NCBI GenBank assembly: GCA_964521425.1
Contig: CAZFRO010000006.1
Coordinates: 46,620 to 110,619, forward strand
Origin: an uncultured bacterium
Lineage (GTDB): Bacteria; Joyebacterota; Joyebacteria; Joyebacterales; Joyebacteraceae
DNA: 64,000 nt
Reading direction: 5' to 3'
Shown here: positions 17,139 to 26,215 of the stretch, piece by piece
How the letters are laid out: every line of letters begins with the position of its first letter
How positions within the stretch are numbered: the first letter of the stretch is position 1
Notes under the pieces: generated by a model
What the model was told of the DNA's origin: nothing
Database searches by the model: none
The model's input: the letters and a program-made list of their open reading frames with translations, nothing else
Translations under genes and position numbers: made by a program

Positions 17139-18527
17139 ATGGCAGTCATCATCAAGGGAGGAAGGCTTGTCACGGCGATCGATTCCTACACCGCCGACCT
17201 GTTGGTGGTTGATGGGAAGATCGCCGTGATCGGTGTCGATCTGGCAGTACCTCCCGGTGCAGACGTCTACAACGCCAAGGGGAAGCTCATCCTTCCCGGT
17301 ATCATCGACGCGCACGTCCACGTCGACCTCGAACTGAGAGGGCATGCCTCCTCCGGCTTCCGCGCGACGACGCGGGAGGCTGCATTCGGCGGCGTTACAT
17401 CGTTCCTCACGTACGTCACACCACGCAAGGGTGAAGGACTCATGGATGCCGTGGCGGCTCGCCAGGCACAGGCTAACGGGCAGTGCTACGTGGACTACGG
17501 TCTACATGCGTCGCTCGTGCACTGGGCCGATCGAGAGAGTGATGAGATTCCCCAGCTGATCGAGGCGGGCATCCCGTCCTTCAAGATGTACACCGTCTAC
17601 TCAGATGCGGGGCTGTCGAGCAACGAGGACGAGCTGTACGAGGCGTTCCTTCTCGCCGGTCAGCACGGTGGGCTGATCGAGGTGCACTGCGAGAACGAGT
17701 GGATGATCGAGAACCGCATCACGCGGCTGGCGAATCAGGGAAGACTATCGGCGGCCGACCATGCAGAGAGCAGGCCGGGCTACGTTGAGGGAGAGGCCGT
17801 CGCTGCCGTCATCAGGGCAGCACATAACGCCGGAGCTCCCGTCTATATCGTGCACGTCTCCTCAGGCGAGGCTGTACAGACGATAGCCGAGGCCGATGAT
17901 CTGGGAATCGACATTTTCGCGGAGACGTGTCCGCATCTTCTGCTTCTGGACGAGGAGAAGCTCGCGGCCGCGGACGGCCACCGCTTCGCAACCTGTCCGC
18001 CCATCCGCTCCGAGGCTCACCGCGAGGAACTCTGGGATGCTCTTGAGGAGGAACTCATCCAGGTCGTAGCGACCGACCACGCCGAGTTCATGGCCGAGGC
18101 CAAGGATGAGGGAAGAGCGGATTTCAGGAAGATACCGATGGGCGTTCCCGGCGTCGGGACGCTTCTGCCGCTCATGTGGCAGTTCGGTGTTCGGGAGGGG
18201 AGACTCACAGAGAATCAACTGGTCGATCTTCTGAGTACACGTCCCGCCGAGATCTTCGGATTCTGTCCGGAGAAGGGAACACTGTCGCCCGGGACTGACG
18301 CGGACATCGTCGTCTTCGATCCGGCACTCGACGTGACGATCTCACCGGACGTTCTCCACGGATACACCGACTACTCGCCCTACGAGGGGAGACGGGTCAC
18401 CGGCTGGCCCGTCTGTACGATGGTTCGCGGCAACTGGGTCGTGAAAGACCGCGAGCTCATGGGAGACCACGAACTCGGATCGTTCGTCAAACGCGGCAAG
18501 GTCTGTCAGCGGCCCGGTCGGGTGTAA
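17139..18527 (+). CDS. dihydropyrimidinase / D-hydantoinase (cyclic amidohydrolase, HyuA-like)
   Basis: AGAAGAGGAAG sits before ATG 17139. Metal-binding start PGIIDAHVHV. Amidohydrolase barrel motifs (FKMY, HCENE, VHVSS, ATDHA). Confidence 0.8.
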   Translation: MAVIIKGGRLVTAIDSYTADLLVVDGKIAVIGVDLAVPPGADVYNAKGKLILPGIIDAHVHVDLELRGHASSGFRATTREAAFGGVTSFLTYVTPRKGEGLMDAVAARQAQANGQCYVDYGLHASLVHWADRESDEIPQLIEAGIPSFKMYTVYSDAGLSSNEDELYEAFLLAGQHGGLIEVHCENEWMIENRITRLANQGRLSAADHAESRPGYVEGEAVAAVIRAAHNAGAPVYIVHVSSGEAVQTIAEADDLGIDIFAETCPHLLLLDEEKLAAADGHRFATCPPIRSEAHREELWDALEEELIQVVATDHAEFMAEAKDEGRADFRKIPMGVPGVGTLLPLMWQFGVREGRLTENQLVDLLSTRPAEIFGFCPEKGTLSPGTDADIVVFDPALDVTISPDVLHGYTDYSPYEGRRVTGWPVCTMVRGNWVVKDRELMGDHELGSFVKRGKVCQRPGRV

Positions 18528-18571
18528 TCTCACCAGCTGTCCATCACTCGTCGGCCTTCCGGGGGGATGGC

Positions 18572-19150
18572 ATGACATTCTGGCAGTCACCTGTTGCTCT
18601 GGTCGTAGCGCCGGCCGCAGTGCTCGCGGCCGGCGCGTGGATAGTTAGGCGGCTTCTGGATCACTCGATTGACCGCGACCTGGAGCGGTACCGTAATCAG
18701 CTTGAGCTCGATCGCATCGAGTACCAGACCAAGCTGTCAGCGGTGCATGAGAGGCGTGCGCAGGTCATCGGTGAGCTCTATGAGAAACTGAGCGACGCGC
18801 ACTTCGCTCTCGGTCGCTTGACGACACCGGTGCAGTTCGATACTCGTCCGTACAAGGATAGGCGAGCGGACTCCGTGGGAGACTGCTGCGGGTTCATGGA
18901 CTACCTCCCGCGCGTCCGTATCTATCTAGATGCGGATATCGGCGACAAGTTGGACGAGGTTGCTACTGTCATACACAAGGTGTTTGTGCTGTTTGACACC
19001 ACGCAAGCCGAGTCCGGCGGGGATCCGAGAGACGTAGGTTACTCGCATGAGGCTTGGGACGAGTTCGAGGGCAAGTTCCTACCGGCAATGGAATTGCTGG
19101 AGGATCGATTCCGGGAGCTTCTGGGGACTGAACCTCCCCGGAAGGTATAA
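18572..19150 (+). CDS. hypothetical membrane-anchored protein
   Basis: N-terminal hydrophobic segment VALVVAPAAVLAAGAWIV. No known motif. Confidence 0.4.
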   Translation: MTFWQSPVALVVAPAAVLAAGAWIVRRLLDHSIDRDLERYRNQLELDRIEYQTKLSAVHERRAQVIGELYEKLSDAHFALGRLTTPVQFDTRPYKDRRADSVGDCCGFMDYLPRVRIYLDADIGDKLDEVATVIHKVFVLFDTTQAESGGDPRDVGYSHEAWDEFEGKFLPAMELLEDRFRELLGTEPPRKV

Positions 19151-19228
19151 CTGGCGTCTACAGTCGTCGGGCCGCGAACAGACGGATAGTACCAGTTGAA
19201 TGGCTTCAGAAATGCGCGGCCGTCTCTG

Positions 19229-19774
19229 TCACATGTCCTGCATATCCGCTTCGCCGGCAGGGATCGCATAGGTGCTGTCAGCAATCGTGTCATGAATCCA
19301 GAGCCCAGCCTCGTCACCAGACGAGCGGTACCAGCAGAGACGAGTTCCATCTGGACTCCAAGCAGGATGGTGGTCACGGTGGCCAGCGGTGATCAGCGTG
19401 AGGTTGCCGTCGGGTACCGTTGCCACAAACAGCGCTCCGTCGACCGTGACTGCGATGCGGCTCGTGTCCGGGCTCCACGCCGGACAGTCGCCGCCTCTCA
19501 GAAAGAACTCGAAGGAGTCGGCTTGCGTGAATGCGATCCAGACCCCTCGCAGGTCTGGATCCTCGATGTAGGATCCGTCCGCGTTCACTGTAACGATGCC
19601 GCGGTCGAGATAGGCCACTCTTGATGAAGGTGCCCACGACGGGTGGTCGTGGTGAATCGGATATACGGTGGAAGGAGCGATTGGCGACTCGCCGTTGCAT
19701 CCGATCGGCAAGAGAGCCACCAACACGACGAGCGCGGCAAGGATACGGACACTGCTGCGGGCGACGATGGGCAT
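19229..19774 (-). CDS. lipoprotein with TolB-like beta-propeller repeats
   Basis: Lipobox LLPIGCNG. Repeated motifs PSWAPSSRV, PAWSPDTSRIA and PAWSPDGTRL, matching the PxWSPDG pattern of TolB-type blades. Confidence 0.6.
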   Translation of the reverse strand: MPIVARSSVRILAALVVLVALLPIGCNGESPIAPSTVYPIHHDHPSWAPSSRVAYLDRGIVTVNADGSYIEDPDLRGVWIAFTQADSFEFFLRGGDCPAWSPDTSRIAVTVDGALFVATVPDGNLTLITAGHRDHHPAWSPDGTRLCWYRSSGDEAGLWIHDTIADSTYAIPAGEADMQDM

Positions 19775-19926
19775 ACTCTACTCCTTGAGTGTACACACAA
19801 TCCAAACAATGTATACTGTGGTCGGCTGGCTTGTCAATGTATGATTATGAGCGAGCGCGCGGAAGCTACATGTCCGGCCGCGGTGGCCTCATCCCTCGCA
19901 TAAGTGGACGCTCCCAAAGCGGATGC

Positions 19927-20139
19927 CTACCCAAGCCTGAATCCGGCGTTCTCGATGGCGGCCTTAACGGCACCCATGTCTGCGGTGCCGTCGGCCTCGT
20001 AGGTTACATCTCCACTCTGCAGATCAACAATGACGCCCGAAACCCCGTCGAGCGCCGAGAGCGCCCGTGTCACTGCACTGGAGCAGTGCTCGCACGACAT
20101 GCCCGAGACCTTGATGGTTGGCACTGAATTCTCTCCCAT
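19927..20139 (-). CDS. copZ: heavy-metal-associated domain copper chaperone (CopZ-like)
   Basis: 70 aa. GMSCEHC metal-binding motif in the first loop. Ferredoxin-like length. Confidence 0.75.
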   Translation of the reverse strand: MGENSVPTIKVSGMSCEHCSSAVTRALSALDGVSGVIVDLQSGDVTYEADGTADMGAVKAAIENAGFRLG

Positions 20140-20169
20140 TCGTAGTTGCGGTTGCTCGTGGTTGCGACG

Positions 20170-20370
20170 CTACTTCAGAAGAACAACCCTGGCCGTCGCG
20201 CCTCCGTCCTCTGTTCTCAGCTTCAGGAAATATACGCCAGTCGCAATGTCATCACCAGACAAGTCTGTACCGAGCCACGTGATCTCGTGATCGCCGGCGC
20301 TCCAGATCTCCGCTTCATGCAGGTTGATTGAGCAGCGGGGCGCCAGGAGTGCGTGGAGGCAAGGCCCCAC
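20170..20370 (-). pseudogene. orphan fragment of a T9SS C-terminal sorting domain (gene remnant)
   Basis: 66-aa ORF whose C-terminus (ITWLGTDLSGDDIATGVYFLKLRTEDGGATARVVLLK) matches the distal half of the CTDs seen elsewhere in the window. No upstream cargo domain. Confidence 0.45.
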
Positions 20371-20427
20371 CAGGTGAAGACTACAACATGGAGACTATAT
20401 CATGCAGGGGGCGCCTGCGCGAGCCTC

Positions 20428-20480
20428 TGGGGCTTCACGGACATTGCTGGGGCTTCAGGGACATTACCAGGGCTTCAGGG
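20428..20480. repeat. tandem direct repeat, about 20-21 nt x 2.5 (TGGGGCTTCAcGGACATTgc / TGGGGCTTCAgGGACATTacc / aGGGCTTCAGGGct)
   Basis: Read directly from the sequence. Lies between the CTD remnant and the ssnA promoter. Confidence 0.6.
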
Positions 20481-20491
20481 CTCGAAACCCG

Positions 20492-20520
20492 TTGACATCG
20501 GCGGGGGCTGCATCTAGACT
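20492..20520 (+). promoter_or_regulatory. sigma70-like promoter (TTGACA - 17 nt - TAGACT) upstream of ssnA
   Basis: Consensus -35 hexamer with 17-nt spacing to a TAnnnT -10. Lies 114 nt upstream of TTG 20634. Confidence 0.35.
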
Positions 20521-20633
20521 TATATGTTCGGAAAGTGCCCTTCGTTAGGGCACATTCTAGGGATTGGGGTGTCGTACCGGTGTCGGCGCGGAGCGTGTCG
20601 GACCGTCGTCTTGGTTTATCCAGGAGTGCGAGA

Positions 20634-22031
20634 TTGGCAGACGTCACGAAGATCCTGATGGGCGGAACCGTCTTCACAGGCGGATCTGAGCCCCTGGTCA
20701 TTGAAGGCGGAGCGGTCGCGTTTAAGAGAGACCGGATCGTTGCCATAGGTCCTGTCTCGGAGGTCATTGACGCGCAGCGTGGTGCCGAGGTCATCGATGC
20801 ATCAGGCAAGCTGATCATGTCGGGGTTCGTCAACGCGCACACACATCTCTACAGCGCGCTGGCACGTGGCCTCATGGCCGATATAGCACCGTCCACCAAC
20901 TTTATCGAGATACTCGAACACCTCTGGTGGAAGCTCGATCGCGCCTTGACGCACGAGCATACCTGGTACTCGGCGGCGGCAGGTGCGCTTGATCTCGTGC
21001 GAAGTGGAACGACGACAATCATCGACCACCACGCCAGCCAGGTGAACATCACAGACAGCATGGCCAACGTCGCGGAGGCTCTCAGTGAGATCGGGATCCG
21101 CGCGAATCTCTGCTTCGAGGTCTCAGACAGAGGCGGAGAGACGAAGAGGGAGGAGGGACTGGCCGAGAGCGAGGCCCTCATCAGAGAGCTTGCGGCGGTG
21201 GCGGAAGCATCAGGCTCCGGAATCGGTGATGTCCCGAATAGTGGTGGCGACGTGGATGGAGCGGGACTCCTGAGCGCAAGCGTAGGGCTCCACGCGAGCT
21301 TCACGGTCGATGACGAAACTCTCGACCGCGCCGCGGGTATCGCAAAGGACGCGGGTGTCGGATGTCATATCCACGTGGCGGAGGATAGGGCGGATGTCGA
21401 CGACAGCGTGAAGCGATCAGGGAAGCGTGTTGTCGAGCGACTGCACGAGCACGACATTCTGGGTCGGAAGACCGTCGCCGCGCATTGTATTCATATCAAC
21501 GAGCACGAGCGCGACATCCTGGTCGACACCGACACGATCGTCGTTCACAACGCACAGTCGAACATGAACAACGCGGTCGGATGCGCCGACGTTCCCGGGA
21601 TGCTCGAGGCTGGAGTCCTCGTAGGGCTGGGTACTGATGGGTTCACCGGCAGTATGTTCGATGAGATGAAGGTGGCGAACCTGATCCATCGGCATGAGGC
21701 AGGCGACCCTCGGGTGGGGCACGACGTGGCCGAGAGGCTCTGTCTCAGGAACAACGGCGTGATCGGATCTCGTCTCGTGAACGGTACGGTAGGCGAACTC
21801 TCAGCCGGGGCGCTCGCTGACATCATCGTCCTCGACTACGATCCGCCGACGCCGCTCGAGGCGGCGAACTTCACGGGACACGTGATCTTCGGTCTGACCG
21901 GCTGGATGGTCGAGACGGTCATCATTGGCGGACGGGAGATCCTGCGCGACAGGGAGTTCACAACGGTTGATGCGACAGGCACGGCGGCGCGGGCGAGAGA
22001 ACTCGCGCGCGATCTCTGGGATCGAATGTAA
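20634..22031 (+). CDS. ssnA: putative aminohydrolase SsnA (amidohydrolase superfamily, selenium-dependent molybdenum hydroxylase context)
   Basis: Near-identical motif blocks to E. coli SsnA: HLWWKLDRAL, IIDHHAS, VHNAQSNMNNAVG, LGTDGFTGSMFDEMKVA, ALADIIVLDYDPPTPL. AGGAG sits before TTG 20634. ATG 20658 is an alternative start. Confidence 0.85.
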   Translation: MADVTKILMGGTVFTGGSEPLVIEGGAVAFKRDRIVAIGPVSEVIDAQRGAEVIDASGKLIMSGFVNAHTHLYSALARGLMADIAPSTNFIEILEHLWWKLDRALTHEHTWYSAAAGALDLVRSGTTTIIDHHASQVNITDSMANVAEALSEIGIRANLCFEVSDRGGETKREEGLAESEALIRELAAVAEASGSGIGDVPNSGGDVDGAGLLSASVGLHASFTVDDETLDRAAGIAKDAGVGCHIHVAEDRADVDDSVKRSGKRVVERLHEHDILGRKTVAAHCIHINEHERDILVDTDTIVVHNAQSNMNNAVGCADVPGMLEAGVLVGLGTDGFTGSMFDEMKVANLIHRHEAGDPRVGHDVAERLCLRNNGVIGSRLVNGTVGELSAGALADIIVLDYDPPTPLEAANFTGHVIFGLTGWMVETVIIGGREILRDREFTTVDATGTAARARELARDLWDRM

Positions 22032-22046
22032 GAAATCGGGGAACGT

Positions 22047-23276
22047 GTGAGGGGAGCAAAGGTCATAGCGCTCGAATGCGCGAAGTGTGGACGGGAGTAC
22101 GCGCCGGACGAGGTCCGGTTCACGTGTACCGATTGCGGCGTGGATGGCATCCTCGATGTCCTCTACGACTACGACGATATCGCGTCACGTTTCACAAGGG
22201 AGGATCTCGCTCGTTCGACCGAGCCATCCCACTGGCGCTATCTGCCGCTCATGCCGGTCGAGTCGCGCGGACATGCGCCGGCGCTCCGCGTCGGCTGGAC
22301 GCCCCTCTATCACCCGAAGGGTGTATTGGGGCTGTCCGAACTCTACATCAAGGATGACAGCCTCAATCCGACGGCGTCTCTCAAGGATCGCGCGACCTCC
22401 GTCGCCATGGCGAGAGCGGCCGAGGAGGGTGTCAAGGCCGTTGCCGCGGCATCGACCGGTAACGCCGGCTGTTCGCTTGCCGGCTTCGCAGCGGCAGCTC
22501 AGATGCCGTGCTATATCTTCGTTCCACGAACGGCCCCGCGTCCGAAGGTTGCGCAGCTCCTGGTCTACGGTGCGACCGTCTTCACCGTCGACGGAAGCTA
22601 CGATGACGCCTTCGATCTCGCGAACAGAGCAATCGAGCGATACGACTGGTACAACCGCTGTTGCGCCGTCAATCCGTACCTCGTCGAGGGTAAGAAGACG
22701 GTGGCCTTCGAGATCTGCGAGCAGCTCGACTTCCAGACGCCCGATAAGGTGTTTGTTCCAGTCGGGGACGGCTGCATCATGAGCGGGACGTACAAGGGAT
22801 TCGCGGAGTTCCTCAAGCTCGGGTTCATCGACCGAATGCCCGAACTCATCGGCGTTCAGGCCGAGGGCGCAAGCCCCGTGAAGCGAGTGTTCGAGACCGG
22901 AGGCGAGCTTGTCCCGTGTTCTGCATGCACGATCGCGGACAGCATCGCCGTCGGTCACCCCAGGAACTGGCGGAAGGCCGTCCGGGGAATCACGGCGAGC
23001 CGCGGGACAGTCATGACCGTGACCGACGATGAGATCATCGGCGCCATCCGCGAGCTGGCGGGGGCGACCGGCATCTTCGGTGAGCCGGCCGGAGTGACTG
23101 CCTTCGCGGGCCTCACCAAGGCCGTTCGGGAAGGGACGGTCGGGCGTGACGAGAGGATCGCGGTCCTGATGACAGGAAGCGGTCTCAAGGATACAGACGC
23201 TGCAATGAAGTCGGCGGGTGAACCGGTGGCGATAGGGCAATCGCTGGACGATGTCGAGCGGGCTCTGGCAAGGTAG
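22047..23276 (+). CDS. thrC: threonine synthase-like PLP enzyme (fold type II) with N-terminal zinc-ribbon extension
   Basis: N-terminal CAKCG...CTDCG ribbon. PLP-lysine block SLKDRAT. B. subtilis ThrC-like blocks AASTGNAG, VNPYLVEGKKTVAFEICEQL and LMTGSGLKD. GTG start. Confidence 0.7.
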   Translation: MRGAKVIALECAKCGREYAPDEVRFTCTDCGVDGILDVLYDYDDIASRFTREDLARSTEPSHWRYLPLMPVESRGHAPALRVGWTPLYHPKGVLGLSELYIKDDSLNPTASLKDRATSVAMARAAEEGVKAVAAASTGNAGCSLAGFAAAAQMPCYIFVPRTAPRPKVAQLLVYGATVFTVDGSYDDAFDLANRAIERYDWYNRCCAVNPYLVEGKKTVAFEICEQLDFQTPDKVFVPVGDGCIMSGTYKGFAEFLKLGFIDRMPELIGVQAEGASPVKRVFETGGELVPCSACTIADSIAVGHPRNWRKAVRGITASRGTVMTVTDDEIIGAIRELAGATGIFGEPAGVTAFAGLTKAVREGTVGRDERIAVLMTGSGLKDTDAAMKSAGEPVAIGQSLDDVERALAR

Positions 23277-23344
23277 CAGGGCATCCACATAACCTCGACG
23301 CCCGCTTCAAGAGTGGCGCCGACGGTTCCCTGGAGAGTGAACGG

Positions 23345-23809
23345 ATGCAGGTTGTTCTCACAGTCAACGGCAGAATGCGGAAGGCCGAGGTTCCGCCCGC
23401 AACAACACTCCTTGAACTTCTGCGCGAGCACCTGGGTCTCAAAGGAACCAAGTGTGGATGCGCAAACGGAGAGTGCGGCGCGTGCACCGTCATCCTGGAT
23501 GGCGAACCGGTGACTTCGTGCATCATCTTTGCCGCGCAGTGCGAGGGGCGAGAGGTCCTGACGATAGAGGGACTGAGCCGAGAGGACGGAGAACTCGACC
23601 GCATTCAGCAGGCATTCATCGACGCGGGTGCCGTGCAGTGCGGGTATTGCACGCCCGGAATGATAATGTCGGCAGCAGCGTTTCTCTCGAAGAATCCGTA
23701 TCCCTCACGTGACGACATCGCGGTGGCGCTTTCGGGTAACCTGTGCAGATGCACCGGCTATGTGAAGATCGTGGACGCAGTCGAGGCGGTGTCACTCACG
23801 AATAAGTAG
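23345..23809 (+). CDS. (2Fe-2S)-binding small subunit of molybdopterin-dependent dehydrogenase (XdhC/CoxS-like)
   Basis: Plant-type ferredoxin motif GCANGECGACTV. Second cluster QCGYCTPG and NLCRCTGY. 154 aa. Confidence 0.85.
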   Translation: MQVVLTVNGRMRKAEVPPATTLLELLREHLGLKGTKCGCANGECGACTVILDGEPVTSCIIFAAQCEGREVLTIEGLSREDGELDRIQQAFIDAGAVQCGYCTPGMIMSAAAFLSKNPYPSRDDIAVALSGNLCRCTGYVKIVDAVEAVSLTNK

Positions 23810-23827
23810 GTGGAGAGGACTGATGTC

Positions 23828-24250
23828 ATGGAGTATCTCGAGAGCAAGGACCTGATCTTCATCAGGCTTCACCAGGACGACGAGCTGTTCGATTGCCTGA
23901 GGGAAGTGTGTGTCGCCTGTGATGTCAAGGTGGGGGTGGTGCTGTCGGGAATCGGGATGCTGAAGCAGGCGGAGCTCAATTTTTTCAAGAAGCAGGGCGA
24001 ATATTCGCAGGTGCTCTTCCCTGAACCGCTCGAACTCGTATCACTGACAGGAAATGTCATCTTCCAGGGCGGAGAACACGCGTTTCATCTTCACGCCATC
24101 CTGGCGCGCCCGAACAAGGATACGGTCGCCGGGCACCTCTCGAAGGGGAAGGTGAACGTGACGAACGAGATCGTCATTCTGAAGTCGGATGCGCCGCTTA
24201 AGCGCGAGCTTGATCCGGCAACAGGTCTCATGTCCCTACGTCTCAAATAG
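23828..24250 (+). CDS. PPC/DUF296 domain protein
   Basis: GEHAFHLHAIL motif, characteristic of COG1661/PPC domains. GGTGGAGAGGA sits before ATG 23828. GTG 23810 is an alternative start. Confidence 0.55.
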   Translation: MEYLESKDLIFIRLHQDDELFDCLREVCVACDVKVGVVLSGIGMLKQAELNFFKKQGEYSQVLFPEPLELVSLTGNVIFQGGEHAFHLHAILARPNKDTVAGHLSKGKVNVTNEIVILKSDAPLKRELDPATGLMSLRLK

Positions 24251-24259
24251 GAGAACACG

Positions 24260-25075
24260 ATGAGTCCCACCCCGACAGAGCTGAGGGGCGTAGCCCAGGT
24301 CATCCGTCGTGACATTCTCACGATGCTCCTGGAGGCCGGCTCCGGTCATCCCGGAGGATCGCTCTCGGCCACCGACATCATCACTGTTCTGTACTGGGAA
24401 GTAATGAAGACCAGGCCCGACAGACCGGTGTGGGAAGAGCGGGACCGTTTCGTTCTCTCAAAGGCGCACGCTGCACCGGTTCTCTACGCCGCCCTTGCGC
24501 GTCGTGGCTTCTTCGATGTGAGAGAACTCATGACCTTCCGGAAGATGAAGTCGAAGCTCCAGGGGTTCCCGGACATGCACAAGACGCTGGGCATAGACGC
24601 GTCGGTGGGTTCGCCTGGTCAAGGGCTCTCGATTGCCAACGGCCTCGCGATAGCGGCCAAGCGCGACGCGAAGAACTTCCGTGTCTACTGTCTCATCGGG
24701 GACGGGGAGACGCAGGAGGGACAGATCTGGGAGGCCGCAATGACGGCGGCGCATCATGGTCTGGACAACGTCTGTGCAATCGTTGACCGGAACCGGATGA
24801 TGGGCGACGGGGACACCGAGAAGATCGCGGCGCTCTCGCCGCTCGCAGAGAAGTGGCGAACCTTCAATTGGCACGTTATCGAGACCGACGGGCACGACAT
24901 GGAGCAGCTGCTTCAAGCATTCGCCGAAGCAGCATTGGTGAAGGGGAAGCCCTCGCTGATTCTCGCACGTACCGTGAAGGGCAAGGGTGTTCCCTTCATG
25001 GAGAACAACCCGGAGTGGCACGACAGGAAGATCACAGAAGAGCTGTACGAAGAGGCCATGCAGGCTCTCGCGTAG
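24260..25075 (+). CDS. transketolase, N-terminal (TPP-binding) subunit
   Basis: GHPGGSLSATDIITVLYW TPP motif. GDGETQEG. About 270 aa, the split-transketolase type. Confidence 0.8.
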   Translation: MSPTPTELRGVAQVIRRDILTMLLEAGSGHPGGSLSATDIITVLYWEVMKTRPDRPVWEERDRFVLSKAHAAPVLYAALARRGFFDVRELMTFRKMKSKLQGFPDMHKTLGIDASVGSPGQGLSIANGLAIAAKRDAKNFRVYCLIGDGETQEGQIWEAAMTAAHHGLDNVCAIVDRNRMMGDGDTEKIAALSPLAEKWRTFNWHVIETDGHDMEQLLQAFAEAALVKGKPSLILARTVKGKGVPFMENNPEWHDRKITEELYEEAMQALA

Positions 25076-25119
25076 GAGCCCAGGAGCGCGGCACCAAACG
25101 TCTATCAGGGGCAACACTT

Positions 25120-26142
25120 ATGGCTGAGATGGGGCTTGCCGACATACACCACAGCGCGGCGCAGTTGGAAGCGACGAGCCGTGGATACGAGCGCGGACTC
25201 GTCGAACTCGCAGAGCGGGGTTTTGATATCATCGTCATGGACGCCGATCTCGCCGGGTCGAGCGGAACCGGCGAGTTCAGGAAGCGCTTTCCTGACAGAT
25301 TCATGGACATCGGGCTGTGTGAACAGGACATGATAGGGACTGCTGCCGGGCTGGCGCTGGCCGGCAAGTGCATTTTCGTAACGACCCACGGAATGCTTGC
25401 GGCAGGCAAGGCGTGGGACATCATTCGTTCGACTATCTGCTACGGCACGCTGAACGTGAACATCTGCGGCGCTGACGCCGGGCTCTCGGCGGGCGCAGCT
25501 GGTGGTTCGAGGCAGTCACTCGAGGATGTCGCGGTGATGCGAACGCTCACCGGGATGACGGTCGTCGTTCCGGCTGATTCCGTGGAAGCGAGGAAGGCTA
25601 CCATCGCCGCCTCACGACTTCCCGGTCCCGTCTACCTGCGACTTGCGTCGGCGCGCGTCCCGATCGTTACGACGGATCTGACCCCGTTCACTATGGGGCA
25701 GGCCGAGGTCTACCGGCAGGGTGACGACGTGTCTGTGCTGGCGTGCGGCGTGGTCGTCTACGAAGCGATGAAGGCAGCGCGACAGCTTGAGGATGAGGGA
25801 ATAAGTGTGAGGGTTATCAACTGTCACACGGTCAAACCACTCGATCGTGCGATGGTAAGCAGGGTGGCCGTTGAAACGGGTGCGATCGTCACGGTTGAGG
25901 AGGGCGCCTCCATCGGAGGGCTGGGAGGAGCCTGCGCCGAAGCCCTCGCGCAGGTGGGCCGCCCGGTTCCCATGAAGATCATAGGCATAGAGGACCGCTT
26001 CGGCGAGTCGGGCGAGCACGAGGAACTCCTTCAGCATTTCGGCCTGACGTCGCGCGGGATCGCATCGGCGATTCGCGAAGTACTCGTGATGAAGACAAGT
26101 GGTGCCCAGGGCGGGCGTGTTGAGACGGTAACGAGCGGGTAA
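25120..26142 (+). CDS. transketolase, C-terminal (pyrimidine-binding plus C-terminal domain) subunit
   Basis: FMDIGLCEQDMIGTAAGLA motif. C-terminal domain VINCHTVKPLD. Follows the N-terminal subunit gene. Confidence 0.8.
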   Translation: MAEMGLADIHHSAAQLEATSRGYERGLVELAERGFDIIVMDADLAGSSGTGEFRKRFPDRFMDIGLCEQDMIGTAAGLALAGKCIFVTTHGMLAAGKAWDIIRSTICYGTLNVNICGADAGLSAGAAGGSRQSLEDVAVMRTLTGMTVVVPADSVEARKATIAASRLPGPVYLRLASARVPIVTTDLTPFTMGQAEVYRQGDDVSVLACGVVVYEAMKAARQLEDEGISVRVINCHTVKPLDRAMVSRVAVETGAIVTVEEGASIGGLGGACAEALAQVGRPVPMKIIGIEDRFGESGEHEELLQHFGLTSRGIASAIREVLVMKTSGAQGGRVETVTSG

Positions 26143-26215
26143 GGAACTGAGCGTGTAAGCAGTTGGGCCTACACCGGGGTGCCGCGAGATCGTGGCCCGG
26201 AAGAGGAGAAGCACC

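Noticed and set aside
20428-20480. Possible CRISPR array
   Set aside because: Only about 2.5 copies of a 20-21-nt unit, directly adjacent with no spacers, and no cas genes in the window. It was classified instead as a tandem direct repeat or regulator-site candidate.
22185-23288. 367-aa minus-strand ORF antisense to the thrC-like gene
   Set aside because: No domain signature. It overlaps a strongly supported sense gene and has a high-GC antisense artefact composition.
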